Source of the DNA: Candidatus Latescibacterota bacterium
GTDB lineage: Bacteria; Latescibacterota; UBA2968; UBA8231
DNA: 64,000 nt
Assembly: GCA_965223905.1 (NCBI GenBank)
Contig: CBDCXV010000001.1
Location: forward strand, 736,001-800,000
Direction of reading: 5' to 3'
The position numbers and the translations under genes were made by a program. Under the pieces are notes generated by a model, which saw only the letters and a list, made by a program, of their open reading frames with translations, was not told the origin of the DNA and searched no databases. Every line of letters begins with the position of its first letter. The first letter of the stretch is position 1. This document shows, piece by piece, positions 39,919 to 49,169 of this stretch.

Positions 39919-41196
39919 TCAGTTGGTTTTCTCGACCTGCGGCGCCTCCGCCGGCCGCAGGTCGACGGCGACGATCTCGGTTTCGTCGCGCACGTAGAGT
40001 ATGCCGTCCGACAGGGAGGGCACCGTCCAGCAGCGCCCCTTCATCAGCGCGGCGTTGGCCTTCTCGACGAAGCCCTCCGGGTTGGCCTCTGCGAGCCCGA
40101 GGTTTCCCTGTTCGCCGAGGAGGATGAGGTGGCCGGCCGCCAGGATCAGGGTGCCCTTGGCGTACCCGCGCGCCTGCCATTGGGTCTGTCCGTCCGCCGC
40201 GTCGATGCACTTCAGTATCGATGTGTCGAACCCGTACAGGTGCCCTTCGTGATAGATGGAGGTGCCGAAGTGGTTCTGCATTTCTCCGCTCCTCCAGACC
40301 TCCTCGATCCCCTCTCCTGCAACGCGCAAGACGGCTCCCTTGTCGCCGGAGGAGATGAAGATCCGGTCCGGCGGGATGAAGAGGGGGGTGGCGGCGCTGA
40401 CGTCATAGCGCGTTTTCCAGGGGAAGCGCCACAGCTCCGTTCCCTTGTCCGGGGACAACCCGACCAGCGCATAGGCGTTGATGAAAGCGACCTGGCGCAT
40501 CCCGTCCACCGAGTAGGAGACCGGCGACGAGTAGCTCATCTTGTCGTCGAGGGCGCTCCAGACCGTTCGCCCCGTTCTCCGCTCGAGGGCGACCGCGGTG
40601 GCCGGTGCGGTGCGGTCGATCACCATGTCGACGAGAAAGCTGCCTTCGGCACCGCCGGCTTCGACCAGCAGCAGCTCCCCTTCGACGAGCGGGGAGGTGC
40701 TGAACCCCCACCTGGGAATCTGGCCGCCGAACTCGGCAACCAGATCCTTTTTCCAGATCACCTCGCCGCTTTCGGTTTTCAGCGCGAACAGCCCGCCCTC
40801 GGCCCCCAGGACGTAGACCGTCTCCCCGTCTACGGTCGGGGTCGAGCGCGGGCCGTCGCCCCCCTGCGTCTCGACGTAGTACTTCCCGGTGCGCACCCGC
40901 CACAGCTCCCGGCCGCTGGCGGCCTCGAGGCAGACGGCGTACTCCCCCAGGGAGTCGGCGTACATCGTGAACAGGAGGCCGCCGGCCACGGAAACCGAGG
41001 AAAACCCGCGGCCCAGAGGGTTCCGCCAGATCACCTCCGGACCTGCGTCGGGCCATTCGAGCAGGAGGTTCTCTTCGCTGGAGGTGCCGTTGCGCATCGG
41101 GCCGAGCCACTGCGGCCACTCGGCCGCGGTCGCGGCGACGGCGCTGATGAGAAGGGCGGCCCAAAGGGCGGGAACCGCTGATTTGCTGGTGAACAA
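39919..41196 (-). CDS. PQQ-binding-like beta-propeller repeat protein (BamB-like), secreted
   Basis: EWPQWLGPMRNG, GFSSVSV, GPRSTPTV, SYSSP, WTVPSLSDGILYVRD. Confidence 0.88.
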   Translation of the reverse strand: MFTSKSAVPALWAALLISAVAATAAEWPQWLGPMRNGTSSEENLLLEWPDAGPEVIWRNPLGRGFSSVSVAGGLLFTMYADSLGEYAVCLEAASGRELWRVRTGKYYVETQGGDGPRSTPTVDGETVYVLGAEGGLFALKTESGEVIWKKDLVAEFGGQIPRWGFSTSPLVEGELLLVEAGGAEGSFLVDMVIDRTAPATAVALERRTGRTVWSALDDKMSYSSPVSYSVDGMRQVAFINAYALVGLSPDKGTELWRFPWKTRYDVSAATPLFIPPDRIFISSGDKGAVLRVAGEGIEEVWRSGEMQNHFGTSIYHEGHLYGFDTSILKCIDAADGQTQWQARGYAKGTLILAAGHLILLGEQGNLGLAEANPEGFVEKANAALMKGRCWTVPSLSDGILYVRDETEIVAVDLRPAEAPQVEKTN

Positions 41197-41333
41197 GGCT
41201 GTTTCTCCGTGTCGGTGGGTTGCCGGGGTTTCGAACCGGGGGCGGCGCCCTTGGGAAACGCCGCACGGGATGGAATATACGGGGATCGGGCTATATATAT
41301 AGAGCAAGGTGGCAGGGAGAAACCCGGCCCTGA

Positions 41334-41560
41334 CAGCCCGTTGCTGAAGTTGCCCTCCAGGCGAGGCCGAGTCATGGCGGCCGAAGACAAGGCGCGCGAC
41401 CGAGTCGAATCGCAGGGATTCGGGAGGGAGCGCAACGCCGTGTTCCGGAAGGCTCTTTCAAGCGTTTCAGGGACCGGCAAAAGCCGTTCCCGACACGGAA
41501 CCCGAAGGGTCCGCGGTTCCCAGGGCCGGCCGCAGCCCGGATGGGGTTTTCAACGGGCTG
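41334..41560. mobile_element. Candidate MITE (227 bp, non-autonomous)
   Basis: 10-bp perfect TIR CAGCCCGTTG / CAACGGGCTG, flanked on both sides by CTGA (41330-41333, 41561-41564); internal hairpins; no coding capacity. Confidence 0.6.
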
Positions 41561-41589
41561 CTGAACCTCACCAGGGAGATCGATACACT

Positions 41590-43833
41590 GTGCGATTGTC
41601 GATGATTCTTCTCCTCGGGTTGCTGCTCCCCGCGGCGTCGCCGGGTGTTGCGGCAACGGCAACGATCTCGGGGCGGGTGGTTGCCGACGGGGGCGAGCCG
41701 CTGGGCGGCGCCAACGTCATCCTCGCGGGCACGCCGTTTCATGCAACCACCGATGAGGCCGGTTCCTTCCTCTTTTCGGGGATGGCTCCCGGCCTCTACA
41801 GGGTCTACGTCTCCCACGTCGGTTTCGCCTCCTCGGAGCAGGCGATCGAGACCGGGGGGGATGGGGCGCAGGGGCTGCTGTTTGCGCTCGTCCCGGCCCC
41901 GGGACGCCTCGACCCGGTCGTAGTCACCGCTTCCCGCGCGCCGGCCACGGTCCTTCGTTCCCCGGTCACGGCCCACGTCCTCGACGTCGGTTCCGGGCCG
42001 GCCGGCATGCAGACGGCATCCGACCTGCTGCGCGCCCTTCCGGGGATCGACCTCTCGGGCGGCGGCGCCCCCGGGCTGGTGGCCGGTCTGAGCCTGCGCG
42101 GCGCCGCGCCTGGCCAGACCCTCGTCCTCCTCGATGGCGTGCGCCTCAACATGGCGGGGGCCACCTCGACCCTGGGCGGGGTCGACCTCAGCCAGATCCC
42201 GGTGGACCGCCTCGACCGCGTCGAGGTGATCAAGGGGCCGGGGTCGGCCCTGTACGGCGCCGACGCCGCCGGCGGGGTAGTGCAGATGTTCAGCCGCGGC
42301 ACCGGCGGCCCGCGCACTCGGATTTCCCTGACCGCCGGCGCCGGGCCGAGGGTGGGTGAGGAGGGGGCGTACGCGACCCAGCGCTACCACGCCTCCCGCG
42401 GCGGCAGGGTGGGCGACTGGGGCTGGAGGGCGGACGGCTCCATGGGGGCCAGCGGCGGGCACCTGGAAAACACCGACGCCCGCACCTGGAACCTCGCCGG
42501 CCAGGGGGTGCGCCACCGCTCCGGCGGCCGCACGACGCTGCGCGGCGAGCTGGGGCGGAGAAGGGGCGGCGCCCCGGGGGCGGAAGGCAAGGGGCAGTTC
42601 GGGGCCTTCGACATCGACGACCGCCAGAACGACGACGTCCTGCGCTTCAGCATCGGCGACTCGCGGCCGCTGCGCCCGGGGATCCAGTTCGACGGCAGCG
42701 CCTCGGGCCAGTGGCAGCGCGTCGAACGCCTCAACCCGATCGTGCAGGCCGGCGAGCTCGTGGGGGATTTCGTCTCCGAGCACCAGCTGTGGGTGCTCGA
42801 GCCGCGGCTGCACGTGACCGGGCGGCATCTGCGCCCCTTCTCCTTCGGGGCCGAGTACCGCCTCGAGCGCCAGCGCGACGACCTGTTCGGAACCGGGAGG
42901 GCCGCCATGCGGGCGCTCTACGCACAGAACCGGTTCGAGATCGGCAGCAACACCCTCGAAGCCGGCGTCCGCCTCGACAACCACTCGCTCTACGGAACCG
43001 AGCTCAACCCCAGGCTCGCGGCGGTCCTTCAGGTGCGGCCCGGCATCTTTCTGCACGCGGCCGCGGGGCGGGCGTTTTCCGCTCCCTCGTTCGACGACCT
43101 GTTCAAGCCGACGGAGCGGTTCGCGCGAGCCATCGGCGGCTTCGCGGGAGAGACGGGCAATCGCGACCTCGAGCCGGAGAAAGTCTGGTCGGCGGACGCC
43201 GGGCTGCGCTGGCAATCGGACCGCGCCCAAGGGGAGGCGACCTTCTACCGGAGTTGGTATCGGGACCTGATTCATCCGGCCGCGGTGCGCCTGCCCGCAG
43301 GAAGCGACGATCTCTTCCTCTCCCTCGACAACCTCGCCGAGGCGGAGATCGCCGGCCTCGAGCTGGTGCAGCGGCTGCGGGCGGGCGGCTCGCAGATCCA
43401 GCTCGCCTGGACGCTTCAGCAGGCATCGGGCCGCGATGCCGACGGAAAGAGCCGCGACCTCGCCGGACGGCTCCGCCGCAAGCTGGGGTGCGACTACGAC
43501 CTGCAGCTGGGGGAAACACCGGGGACCGGCATCTCCTTTCGCGCCGACTGGCAGGAGCGGTATTTCGACGAGGATCTTCTCGAGGAGGAGGAGGGGGCGT
43601 TCGGCGGCGACGATGACGACGGCGAAGAAGGGGAGGAAGCGGGCGCCATCGGCGCTCCGGGGGAGGCTTGGCGCTACCTCGTCCTCGGGGCTGGCGGCCG
43701 TTTCCGGCTGAAGCCGGGGATGGCGCTCCACCTCGACGTCGCCAATCTCGCCGACGCGCGCTACCAGAGCGTGTTCGGCATCCCGCAGCCCGGGCTCGTG
43801 GCAACCGTCGGTCTCAGGCTCGACCTTGAGTAG
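41590..43833 (+). CDS. TonB-dependent receptor (BtuB/CirA-like) with carboxypeptidase-regulatory-like N-domain
   Basis: Signal peptide, VVVTASR, TLVLLDGVRLN, RVEVIKGPGSALYGADAAGGVV, GNRDLEPE; GTG start with RBS GGGAGA. Confidence 0.9.
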   Translation: MRLSMILLLGLLLPAASPGVAATATISGRVVADGGEPLGGANVILAGTPFHATTDEAGSFLFSGMAPGLYRVYVSHVGFASSEQAIETGGDGAQGLLFALVPAPGRLDPVVVTASRAPATVLRSPVTAHVLDVGSGPAGMQTASDLLRALPGIDLSGGGAPGLVAGLSLRGAAPGQTLVLLDGVRLNMAGATSTLGGVDLSQIPVDRLDRVEVIKGPGSALYGADAAGGVVQMFSRGTGGPRTRISLTAGAGPRVGEEGAYATQRYHASRGGRVGDWGWRADGSMGASGGHLENTDARTWNLAGQGVRHRSGGRTTLRGELGRRRGGAPGAEGKGQFGAFDIDDRQNDDVLRFSIGDSRPLRPGIQFDGSASGQWQRVERLNPIVQAGELVGDFVSEHQLWVLEPRLHVTGRHLRPFSFGAEYRLERQRDDLFGTGRAAMRALYAQNRFEIGSNTLEAGVRLDNHSLYGTELNPRLAAVLQVRPGIFLHAAAGRAFSAPSFDDLFKPTERFARAIGGFAGETGNRDLEPEKVWSADAGLRWQSDRAQGEATFYRSWYRDLIHPAAVRLPAGSDDLFLSLDNLAEAEIAGLELVQRLRAGGSQIQLAWTLQQASGRDADGKSRDLAGRLRRKLGCDYDLQLGETPGTGISFRADWQERYFDEDLLEEEEGAFGGDDDDGEEGEEAGAIGAPGEAWRYLVLGAGGRFRLKPGMALHLDVANLADARYQSVFGIPQPGLVATVGLRLDLE

Positions 43834-43904
43834 CCCCCTGCCCGGCGGGTTCACCATTATATTCATCAGCCGCGCAAATCAGCCCGATCGCAGAAAGCAG
43901 GACG

Positions 43905-44942
43905 ATGTCAGAGCAAGAGCAGCTGAAACGCAGGATTCCCTGGCACCGCACCCGCATCGACCGCCGGCTCCTCGCCGAGCTCAACCGCCGCAGCGACCTC
44001 CTCGGGTTCGCCCAGACCCTCGGCTACCTCGCCACCCTGACGGCGACCGGCGCCTTCGCCTGGTGGGTCTCCATCCACTTCGCCTGGTACTGGTTCGCCG
44101 CCGCGGTCTTCCTCCACGGAACCTGCAGCGCCTTCAGTGTCAACGGCTTTCACGAGCTCTGCCACAACTCCGTCTTCCGCACGCGGTCCCTCAACGTCTT
44201 CTTCCTTCACGTGCTCAGCTTCATCGGCTGGCACAACCCGGTGCTGTTCTGGGCCACCCACTCGGAGCACCACAAGTACACCCTCTACCCCCCCGAGGAC
44301 GGCGAGGTGGTGCTGCCGGTCGAGATGACCCTGAAGGGGTACCTGCGCGGCGCCTTCGTCGACTTCTGGGGCTTCTTCCAGAAGATCAGGATGACGTTCC
44401 TGCGCGCCTTTTTCCACAGGCTCAACCCCGGCTGGCACACCGTGCTGTTTCCGCCGGAGAACGTCGAGGATCGCCGCCGCCTGTTTCGCTGGGACCGCGT
44501 CCTCGTCTTCGGGCATGCCGCCATCGCCGCGGCCGCGCTCTGGCTGGGCTGGTGGCAGCTGCTGCCGCTCTTCACCTTCGCCACCTTGGCCGGCCGCTGG
44601 CTGTTCCTGCTGTGCAACAGCAGTCAGCACGTGGGACTCACCGACGAGGTGCCGGACTTCCGCCAGAACTCGCGCACCTTCCACCTCAATCCGGTGGTGC
44701 GCTTCCTCTACTGGCACATGAACTACCACATCGAGCACCACATGTACGCCGCCGTGCCCTGCTACCGGCTGGGCAGGCTGCACCGGGCCATCCGCCACGA
44801 GTTGCCCCACTGCCACAGGGGCCTGGTGCCGATGTGGCGCGAGATCGCCGGGATACTGCAGCGCCAGAAGCGGGAGCCCGGCTTCCAGTTCATCCCCGAG
44901 CTGCCGGAGAATCCCAAGGCCGCCACCGCGGCTGTCACCTGA
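43905..44942 (+). CDS. Membrane fatty-acid desaturase/hydrocarbon oxygenase family (MocD-like)
   Basis: His boxes HELCH, HSEHH, HIEHH. Confidence 0.9.
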   Translation: MSEQEQLKRRIPWHRTRIDRRLLAELNRRSDLLGFAQTLGYLATLTATGAFAWWVSIHFAWYWFAAAVFLHGTCSAFSVNGFHELCHNSVFRTRSLNVFFLHVLSFIGWHNPVLFWATHSEHHKYTLYPPEDGEVVLPVEMTLKGYLRGAFVDFWGFFQKIRMTFLRAFFHRLNPGWHTVLFPPENVEDRRRLFRWDRVLVFGHAAIAAAALWLGWWQLLPLFTFATLAGRWLFLLCNSSQHVGLTDEVPDFRQNSRTFHLNPVVRFLYWHMNYHIEHHMYAAVPCYRLGRLHRAIRHELPHCHRGLVPMWREIAGILQRQKREPGFQFIPELPENPKAATAAVT

Positions 44943-45102
44943 GGGGCTGCACAAGGCTGCGCGCCCGAATCTCCTTCTGCTGACAGAGGGAGATGCCCCG
45001 ACTCAATTCCGTCCACTGCCCCTTCGATGGATTCGCTTATTTTGTTTATTGCGTTTGGGGCCCACGGGGACCATATTGGCGATAAACCATCAGGAGCAAA
45101 CC

Positions 45103-45552
45103 ATGGACACAGTGTTGACAACCGTTCCGCCCTCAAGGGACGAAGTGGAGCTGGCGCGCTCGTCCGGGGAGCGGCTGGCGCCCCTGGCACGTTTGGACCG
45201 TCCCCTGACAATGCGGGTTCGCGGTGCCGAAGAAGAGACCATCGAACTGCCGGCAGGAGCAGTGAAACTCCTGGTGGAAATTCTGGAGGACATGGCCTCT
45301 GGCCGGGCAGTTACGATCGTGCCTCAGAATGCCGAGCTCACCACTCAGCAAGCGGCCGACTTTCTGAATGTTTCTCGACCCTTTCTGATCCGGCTTCTGG
45401 CTGAGAAAAAAATCCCTTTTCGAATGGTGGGTACGCACCGGCGTGTCAGATTGGAGGATGTGCTCAAATACAAGGAAGGCGTCGATGCCGAGCGTCGAAA
45501 AGTGCTGGACCAACTCGCCTCCGATGCGCAGGAACTCGATATGGGATACTGA
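45103..45552 (+). CDS. Excisionase-family HTH protein (antitoxin of HTH-PIN TA pair)
   Basis: ELTTQQAADFLNVSRPFLIRLL...VGTHRRV...QELDMGY; RBS AGGAG. Confidence 0.88.
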   Translation: MDTVLTTVPPSRDEVELARSSGERLAPLARLDRPLTMRVRGAEEETIELPAGAVKLLVEILEDMASGRAVTIVPQNAELTTQQAADFLNVSRPFLIRLLAEKKIPFRMVGTHRRVRLEDVLKYKEGVDAERRKVLDQLASDAQELDMGY

Positions 45553-45555
45553 GCC

Positions 45556-45763
45556 GTGGGTGGGTTCACGGCATTTCTGGATGCTTCCGTCCTCTACTCG
45601 CCAGTTTCACCTGTCGCAACCGGTCTTTCTCAAGTCCGTGAGGACGGTCCGTTTCCGTTTGAAAAGTCCGCCCAAATCAGTTGAGGAGTATCTCGACACG
45701 CTGCGCGAACAGGGTCTACTGGCTACGGCCAGCGAGGTCTCGGCTTTCAGTCAATTCATCTGA
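45556..45763 (+). pseudogene. PIN-domain toxin with large internal deletion
   Basis: N-term GFTAFLDASVLY joined out of frame to C-term RLKSPPKSVEEYLDTLREQGL. Confidence 0.75.
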
Positions 45764-45850
45764 CGGTGGTGCTTCAAGCCGCGGTCTTCTTGGCATGAAA
45801 CCGCTCGGACCTTAGTGCCCAAGTCATGACATGACATGCGGAATTGCTGA

Positions 45851-46855
45851 TCATCCCGGGTCCCCCCAGGTCAGCACGATCCCGAGCGCCTTGTCCCGCT
45901 CTTCGCGCAGCAACCGGTAGGCTTCCTGCGCTTCGCCGTACGGCATGCGGTGGGTGGTCAGGCACTCGACGTCGAGCTCGCCGCGCGCAATCATCCTGAG
46001 GATCTGGCGGCGGTTGTACTGCTGAGTCCAGGGGAAGGCGGGGGTGGCCGTCGTCGGGCACTTCGGTTGGTGGCACCCGACCAGGGTGAGCTCCTTTTCG
46101 TGGAAGCTCATGAAGTCGATCTCGACGGTGCGGTGCCATATAGAGCCGAGCAGCATGATGCGTCCGCCGATGCGCGCCATGTCGAAGGCCCCGGGCAGGA
46201 CCTCCGGGTAGCCGGAAGCCTCGATGATCACGTCGAGGCCGCGGCCGCCGGTGATCGATTCCATCTCCGCCTGCAGGTCGGCGCGCGCCGGATCGAGCAG
46301 GTGGGTCGCCCCTCGTGCCCCGGCGATCTCCAGGCGCTCGGGGACCGGATCGACGGCGGCTAGGAGCTCGCAGCCCGACCTTGCGGCCAGCTGCAGCGCC
46401 AGCTGCCCGACCAGTCCCATGCCGATCACCGCGGCGAACTCCCCCAGCTCGATGTTGGCCTTGCGGACCCCGTGCATGGAGACCGATCCGAGGACGCCGA
46501 AGGTGCCCGCGTCGAAGGAGACCCCGTCCGGCAGCTTCGCCAGCGACTGCGGCGCGGCGCGCACCGTGACGTGGGAGGAATGGGATCCCAGCGACAGAAC
46601 GCGGTCGCCGACCTCGTACTCTTCCACCCCTTCGCCCAGGGCGGCGATCACCCCGGTGTTGGAGTAGCCGGGCTTGAGGTCGTGCGCGCGCCGCTGCTCC
46701 TGGGTCCCCAGCTCGGTGCCGGCGCTGATCAGGGTGCTGACCGTCTCGATCAGCACCTCGCCGGGTCCCGGCCGGAGGATCTCGAACGCCTCGACGGCGA
46801 CGCTGTTGTCGGGGCGGACGACCGCCCTGCGCCCCGTTGCCGGCAGGGGGCTCAT
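45851..46855 (-). CDS. Zinc-binding (MDR) alcohol dehydrogenase family protein
   Basis: STLISAGTE, PGYS, GDRV, VIGMGLVGQ, GLDVIIEASG; ATG overlaps upstream stop. Confidence 0.9.
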   Translation of the reverse strand: MSPLPATGRRAVVRPDNSVAVEAFEILRPGPGEVLIETVSTLISAGTELGTQEQRRAHDLKPGYSNTGVIAALGEGVEEYEVGDRVLSLGSHSSHVTVRAAPQSLAKLPDGVSFDAGTFGVLGSVSMHGVRKANIELGEFAAVIGMGLVGQLALQLAARSGCELLAAVDPVPERLEIAGARGATHLLDPARADLQAEMESITGGRGLDVIIEASGYPEVLPGAFDMARIGGRIMLLGSIWHRTVEIDFMSFHEKELTLVGCHQPKCPTTATPAFPWTQQYNRRQILRMIARGELDVECLTTHRMPYGEAQEAYRLLREERDKALGIVLTWGDPG

Positions 46856-47814
46856 CCGAGCGCCTGGTATGCTTCGTCGAGCCAGACCACCATCTCGGCG
46901 GTGGCGTCGTTGCTGGGGATGTCTTCCGTCCCGGTCATCGCCCACCAGCCGTCGGCGTGCTGCTGCTCGACGATGTGGCCGGCCGCCTTGAGCGCCATGT
47001 CGCGGTACAGGCTCTCCCGGGTCAGGGTCCACAGCACCGCCGCCGCCCACATCACCTTTCCGGAGCGCAGCAACCGGTAGAGGTTGTCGCTCGCGGTTTC
47101 CGCAAAGCGCATGTACTCCCTGGCCAGGGCCAGCCAGCGCCCCTCCCCGGTGGCCTGGTAGAGGCGGGCGAGAAAGCCGCCGGCGATCCCCGGGTGGAAG
47201 AAGTACTGGTCCCCTTCGGCGGCGTTGACGAGGAGGTAGCGGACCGGGTCGGCGGGGTCGACGCAGGTCACCAGCCCGCCCGCGGGGGTCATGACGGTGT
47301 ACAGCTCCTCCGGGTAGTTCGGCTGCTCCTCCATCATCCGCTGCATCCAGTTTCCGACGCCGCGGGCGATATCGAGGCGGCCGGTGTAGAGAGCCGCCTG
47401 ACCGCAGCCGCTGGTAACCCACAGGTCCTGCAGGGTGTGCGGCAGGCGCTCGGCCGGGTCGGAGTAGAAGCCGCCGCTGCGGTCGTGGAATCCCATGAGG
47501 AAGTCCATGCCCTTCTGCGCCAGGTCGAACTGGCCGAGCCTGGCGGCGCCGATGACGACCCAGGTGTTGAAGTAGGCGTAGTAGTAGCCGTCGGTGAATT
47601 CCGTTCTCGGGCCGAAGTCGCCTTCCGCGGTCATGCCGTTGCGGCGCACCCGGTCGAGGAGACGGTTGGCGGCGTGCGTCTCACCGCATGCCTGGAAGGC
47701 CGCCGGCACCTTGTAGTACTCGGCGACGGTGCCGTCGCCGAAGCTGCCGTCTTCGTGCAGGTGCTGCAGCAGGTAGTCGCAGCCTCTGTCCCGGGCCTGG
47801 CGCAGTGCGTTCAT
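46852..47814 (-). CDS. (alpha/alpha)-barrel protein with prenyltransferase/squalene-oxidase-like repeats, function unknown
   Basis: YLLQHLHEDGSF, LYQATGEGRWL, QQHADGWW repeats; RBS GGAG. Confidence 0.7.
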   Translation of the reverse strand: MNALRQARDRGCDYLLQHLHEDGSFGDGTVAEYYKVPAAFQACGETHAANRLLDRVRRNGMTAEGDFGPRTEFTDGYYYAYFNTWVVIGAARLGQFDLAQKGMDFLMGFHDRSGGFYSDPAERLPHTLQDLWVTSGCGQAALYTGRLDIARGVGNWMQRMMEEQPNYPEELYTVMTPAGGLVTCVDPADPVRYLLVNAAEGDQYFFHPGIAGGFLARLYQATGEGRWLALAREYMRFAETASDNLYRLLRSGKVMWAAAVLWTLTRESLYRDMALKAAGHIVEQQHADGWWAMTGTEDIPSNDATAEMVVWLDEAYQALG

Positions 47815-48100
47815 CCGGTGTCAGCTCCTTCCGCAGTCAGCGCCCGGGGGCGGGTTCCGGACAAGGGGTGGGGGTCACGGCGTATGGGCGCCGATGCCGG
47901 AGCCGCCCCGCAAAATGCCGTCGCCGGCAGCTGAAGAGCGGGGCGGCCTGCCTGGGAATGACGTCTCCGGCAACTGGACCTTTTGCGGCGCCCTTCGGGC
48001 ATGGCAAAGCCGTCTTGTGGGCAGGATTGGGGGAACGCTGGTTTTTCACGCCGCCCGCGGGGGAACCGACTGCTCCACCCCGCCGGGAAGCGCGGAGCCT

Positions 48101-49108
48101 CTACACCCCGGCGCTCGCCGGCAGCTCCGGGATGAACTGGTACTCCGGGTCCAAACGCTGCCTCCTCACCGTCGCAATGATCTCGCGGTAGGTCTCGATG
48201 AGGCCGCGCGGGCAGTGGGGCAGGTCGTGGCGGATGAGCTCGTGCAGCTTCCCCAGGTTGTAACACGGCACCGCGGCGTACATGTGGTGCTCTATGTGGT
48301 AGTTCATGTGGTAGTAGAGGAAGCGCGTGAACGGGTTGAGGATGACGGTGCGCGTGCACAGGCGGTAGTCGGGGACGTCGTCCTGCAGCCCGGTGTGCTG
48401 GGTCTGGTTGCACAGGAAGCGCAGCCAGCCGCCGTAGAAGACCCCCAGGGTCGTCAGCACCGGCAGCAGCCAGAGCCCTGTGTAGATCGAGACGCCGGCG
48501 ATGGCGGCGTGTCCGGCGAGCAGCAGACGCGCCCAGTTGCGGAGGCGGAGGTTCTTCTCCCTGTCTTCGCGGGGAAACAGGTGCTCCTCCCACTCCCCTT
48601 CCAGGCGCCCGATGCTGTGCTTCAGGGTCTTCCTGAGGTTGAGGTAGAGCGTCCACGGATCGAAGAAGGTGATGCGCAGGAACTCGAGAGCGGTCAGCTT
48701 TCTCGGCAGCACGACCTCGAGGTCGTCGGGCGGGTGCAGGGTGTACTTGTGGTGGGCGGAGTGGCTTGCCCAGAACAGGACGTGGTTGCGCCACCCCAGG
48801 AAGCTGAACAGGCGCAGGAAGAACCCGTTGAGGAACCTGCTCCTGAAGACGGTGTTGTGGGACAGCTCGTGCGTGGAGTTGAGCAGGAAGACGTAGAAGG
48901 TCCCGTAGGCGAAGAGGACCGGCAGCAGCAGGTACCAGGTTTCCTGCACGGCCCAGGCCAGCGTCCCGGTGGCGGCGATCAGGCCGATGTGGGCCCCGAC
49001 CTGCAGCAGTCCCTTCCAGTCGCTGCGCTGGTTGAGGGCTCTCATGGTCTCGCGGTCGAGCGGAGTCCGGTACCAACCGATCGTCCGGGTTGTAGCTGCC
49101 ACCGTCAT
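48101..49108 (-). CDS. Membrane fatty-acid desaturase family (paralogue of 43905-44942)
   Basis: HELSH, HSAHH, HIEHH boxes; shared segments such as HMNYHIEHHMYAAVPCY. Confidence 0.9.
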   Translation of the reverse strand: MTVAATTRTIGWYRTPLDRETMRALNQRSDWKGLLQVGAHIGLIAATGTLAWAVQETWYLLLPVLFAYGTFYVFLLNSTHELSHNTVFRSRFLNGFFLRLFSFLGWRNHVLFWASHSAHHKYTLHPPDDLEVVLPRKLTALEFLRITFFDPWTLYLNLRKTLKHSIGRLEGEWEEHLFPREDREKNLRLRNWARLLLAGHAAIAGVSIYTGLWLLPVLTTLGVFYGGWLRFLCNQTQHTGLQDDVPDYRLCTRTVILNPFTRFLYYHMNYHIEHHMYAAVPCYNLGKLHELIRHDLPHCPRGLIETYREIIATVRRQRLDPEYQFIPELPASAGV

Positions 49109-49169
49109 GCGCAAAAAGATAATGCGCCCGGGTTCGAGGCACACCCCGGCCCCCCAGTCCGCCGGGAGG

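Noticed and set aside
41300-41589. Cobalamin riboswitch upstream of the BtuB-like receptor
   Set aside because: No B12-box or GGGAA...GCCACTG core recognised; TIR/TSD features fit a MITE better.
45103-45552. Excisionase as evidence of a prophage
   Set aside because: Context (downstream PIN remnant, no integrase or phage genes) fits the HTH-PIN toxin-antitoxin family.
39796-45836. Shared 12-mer TGTCATGTCATG (39796) / CATGACATGACA (45825) as an operator
   Set aside because: 12-mer matches are expected by chance in 64 kb and the second copy lies between convergent gene ends.
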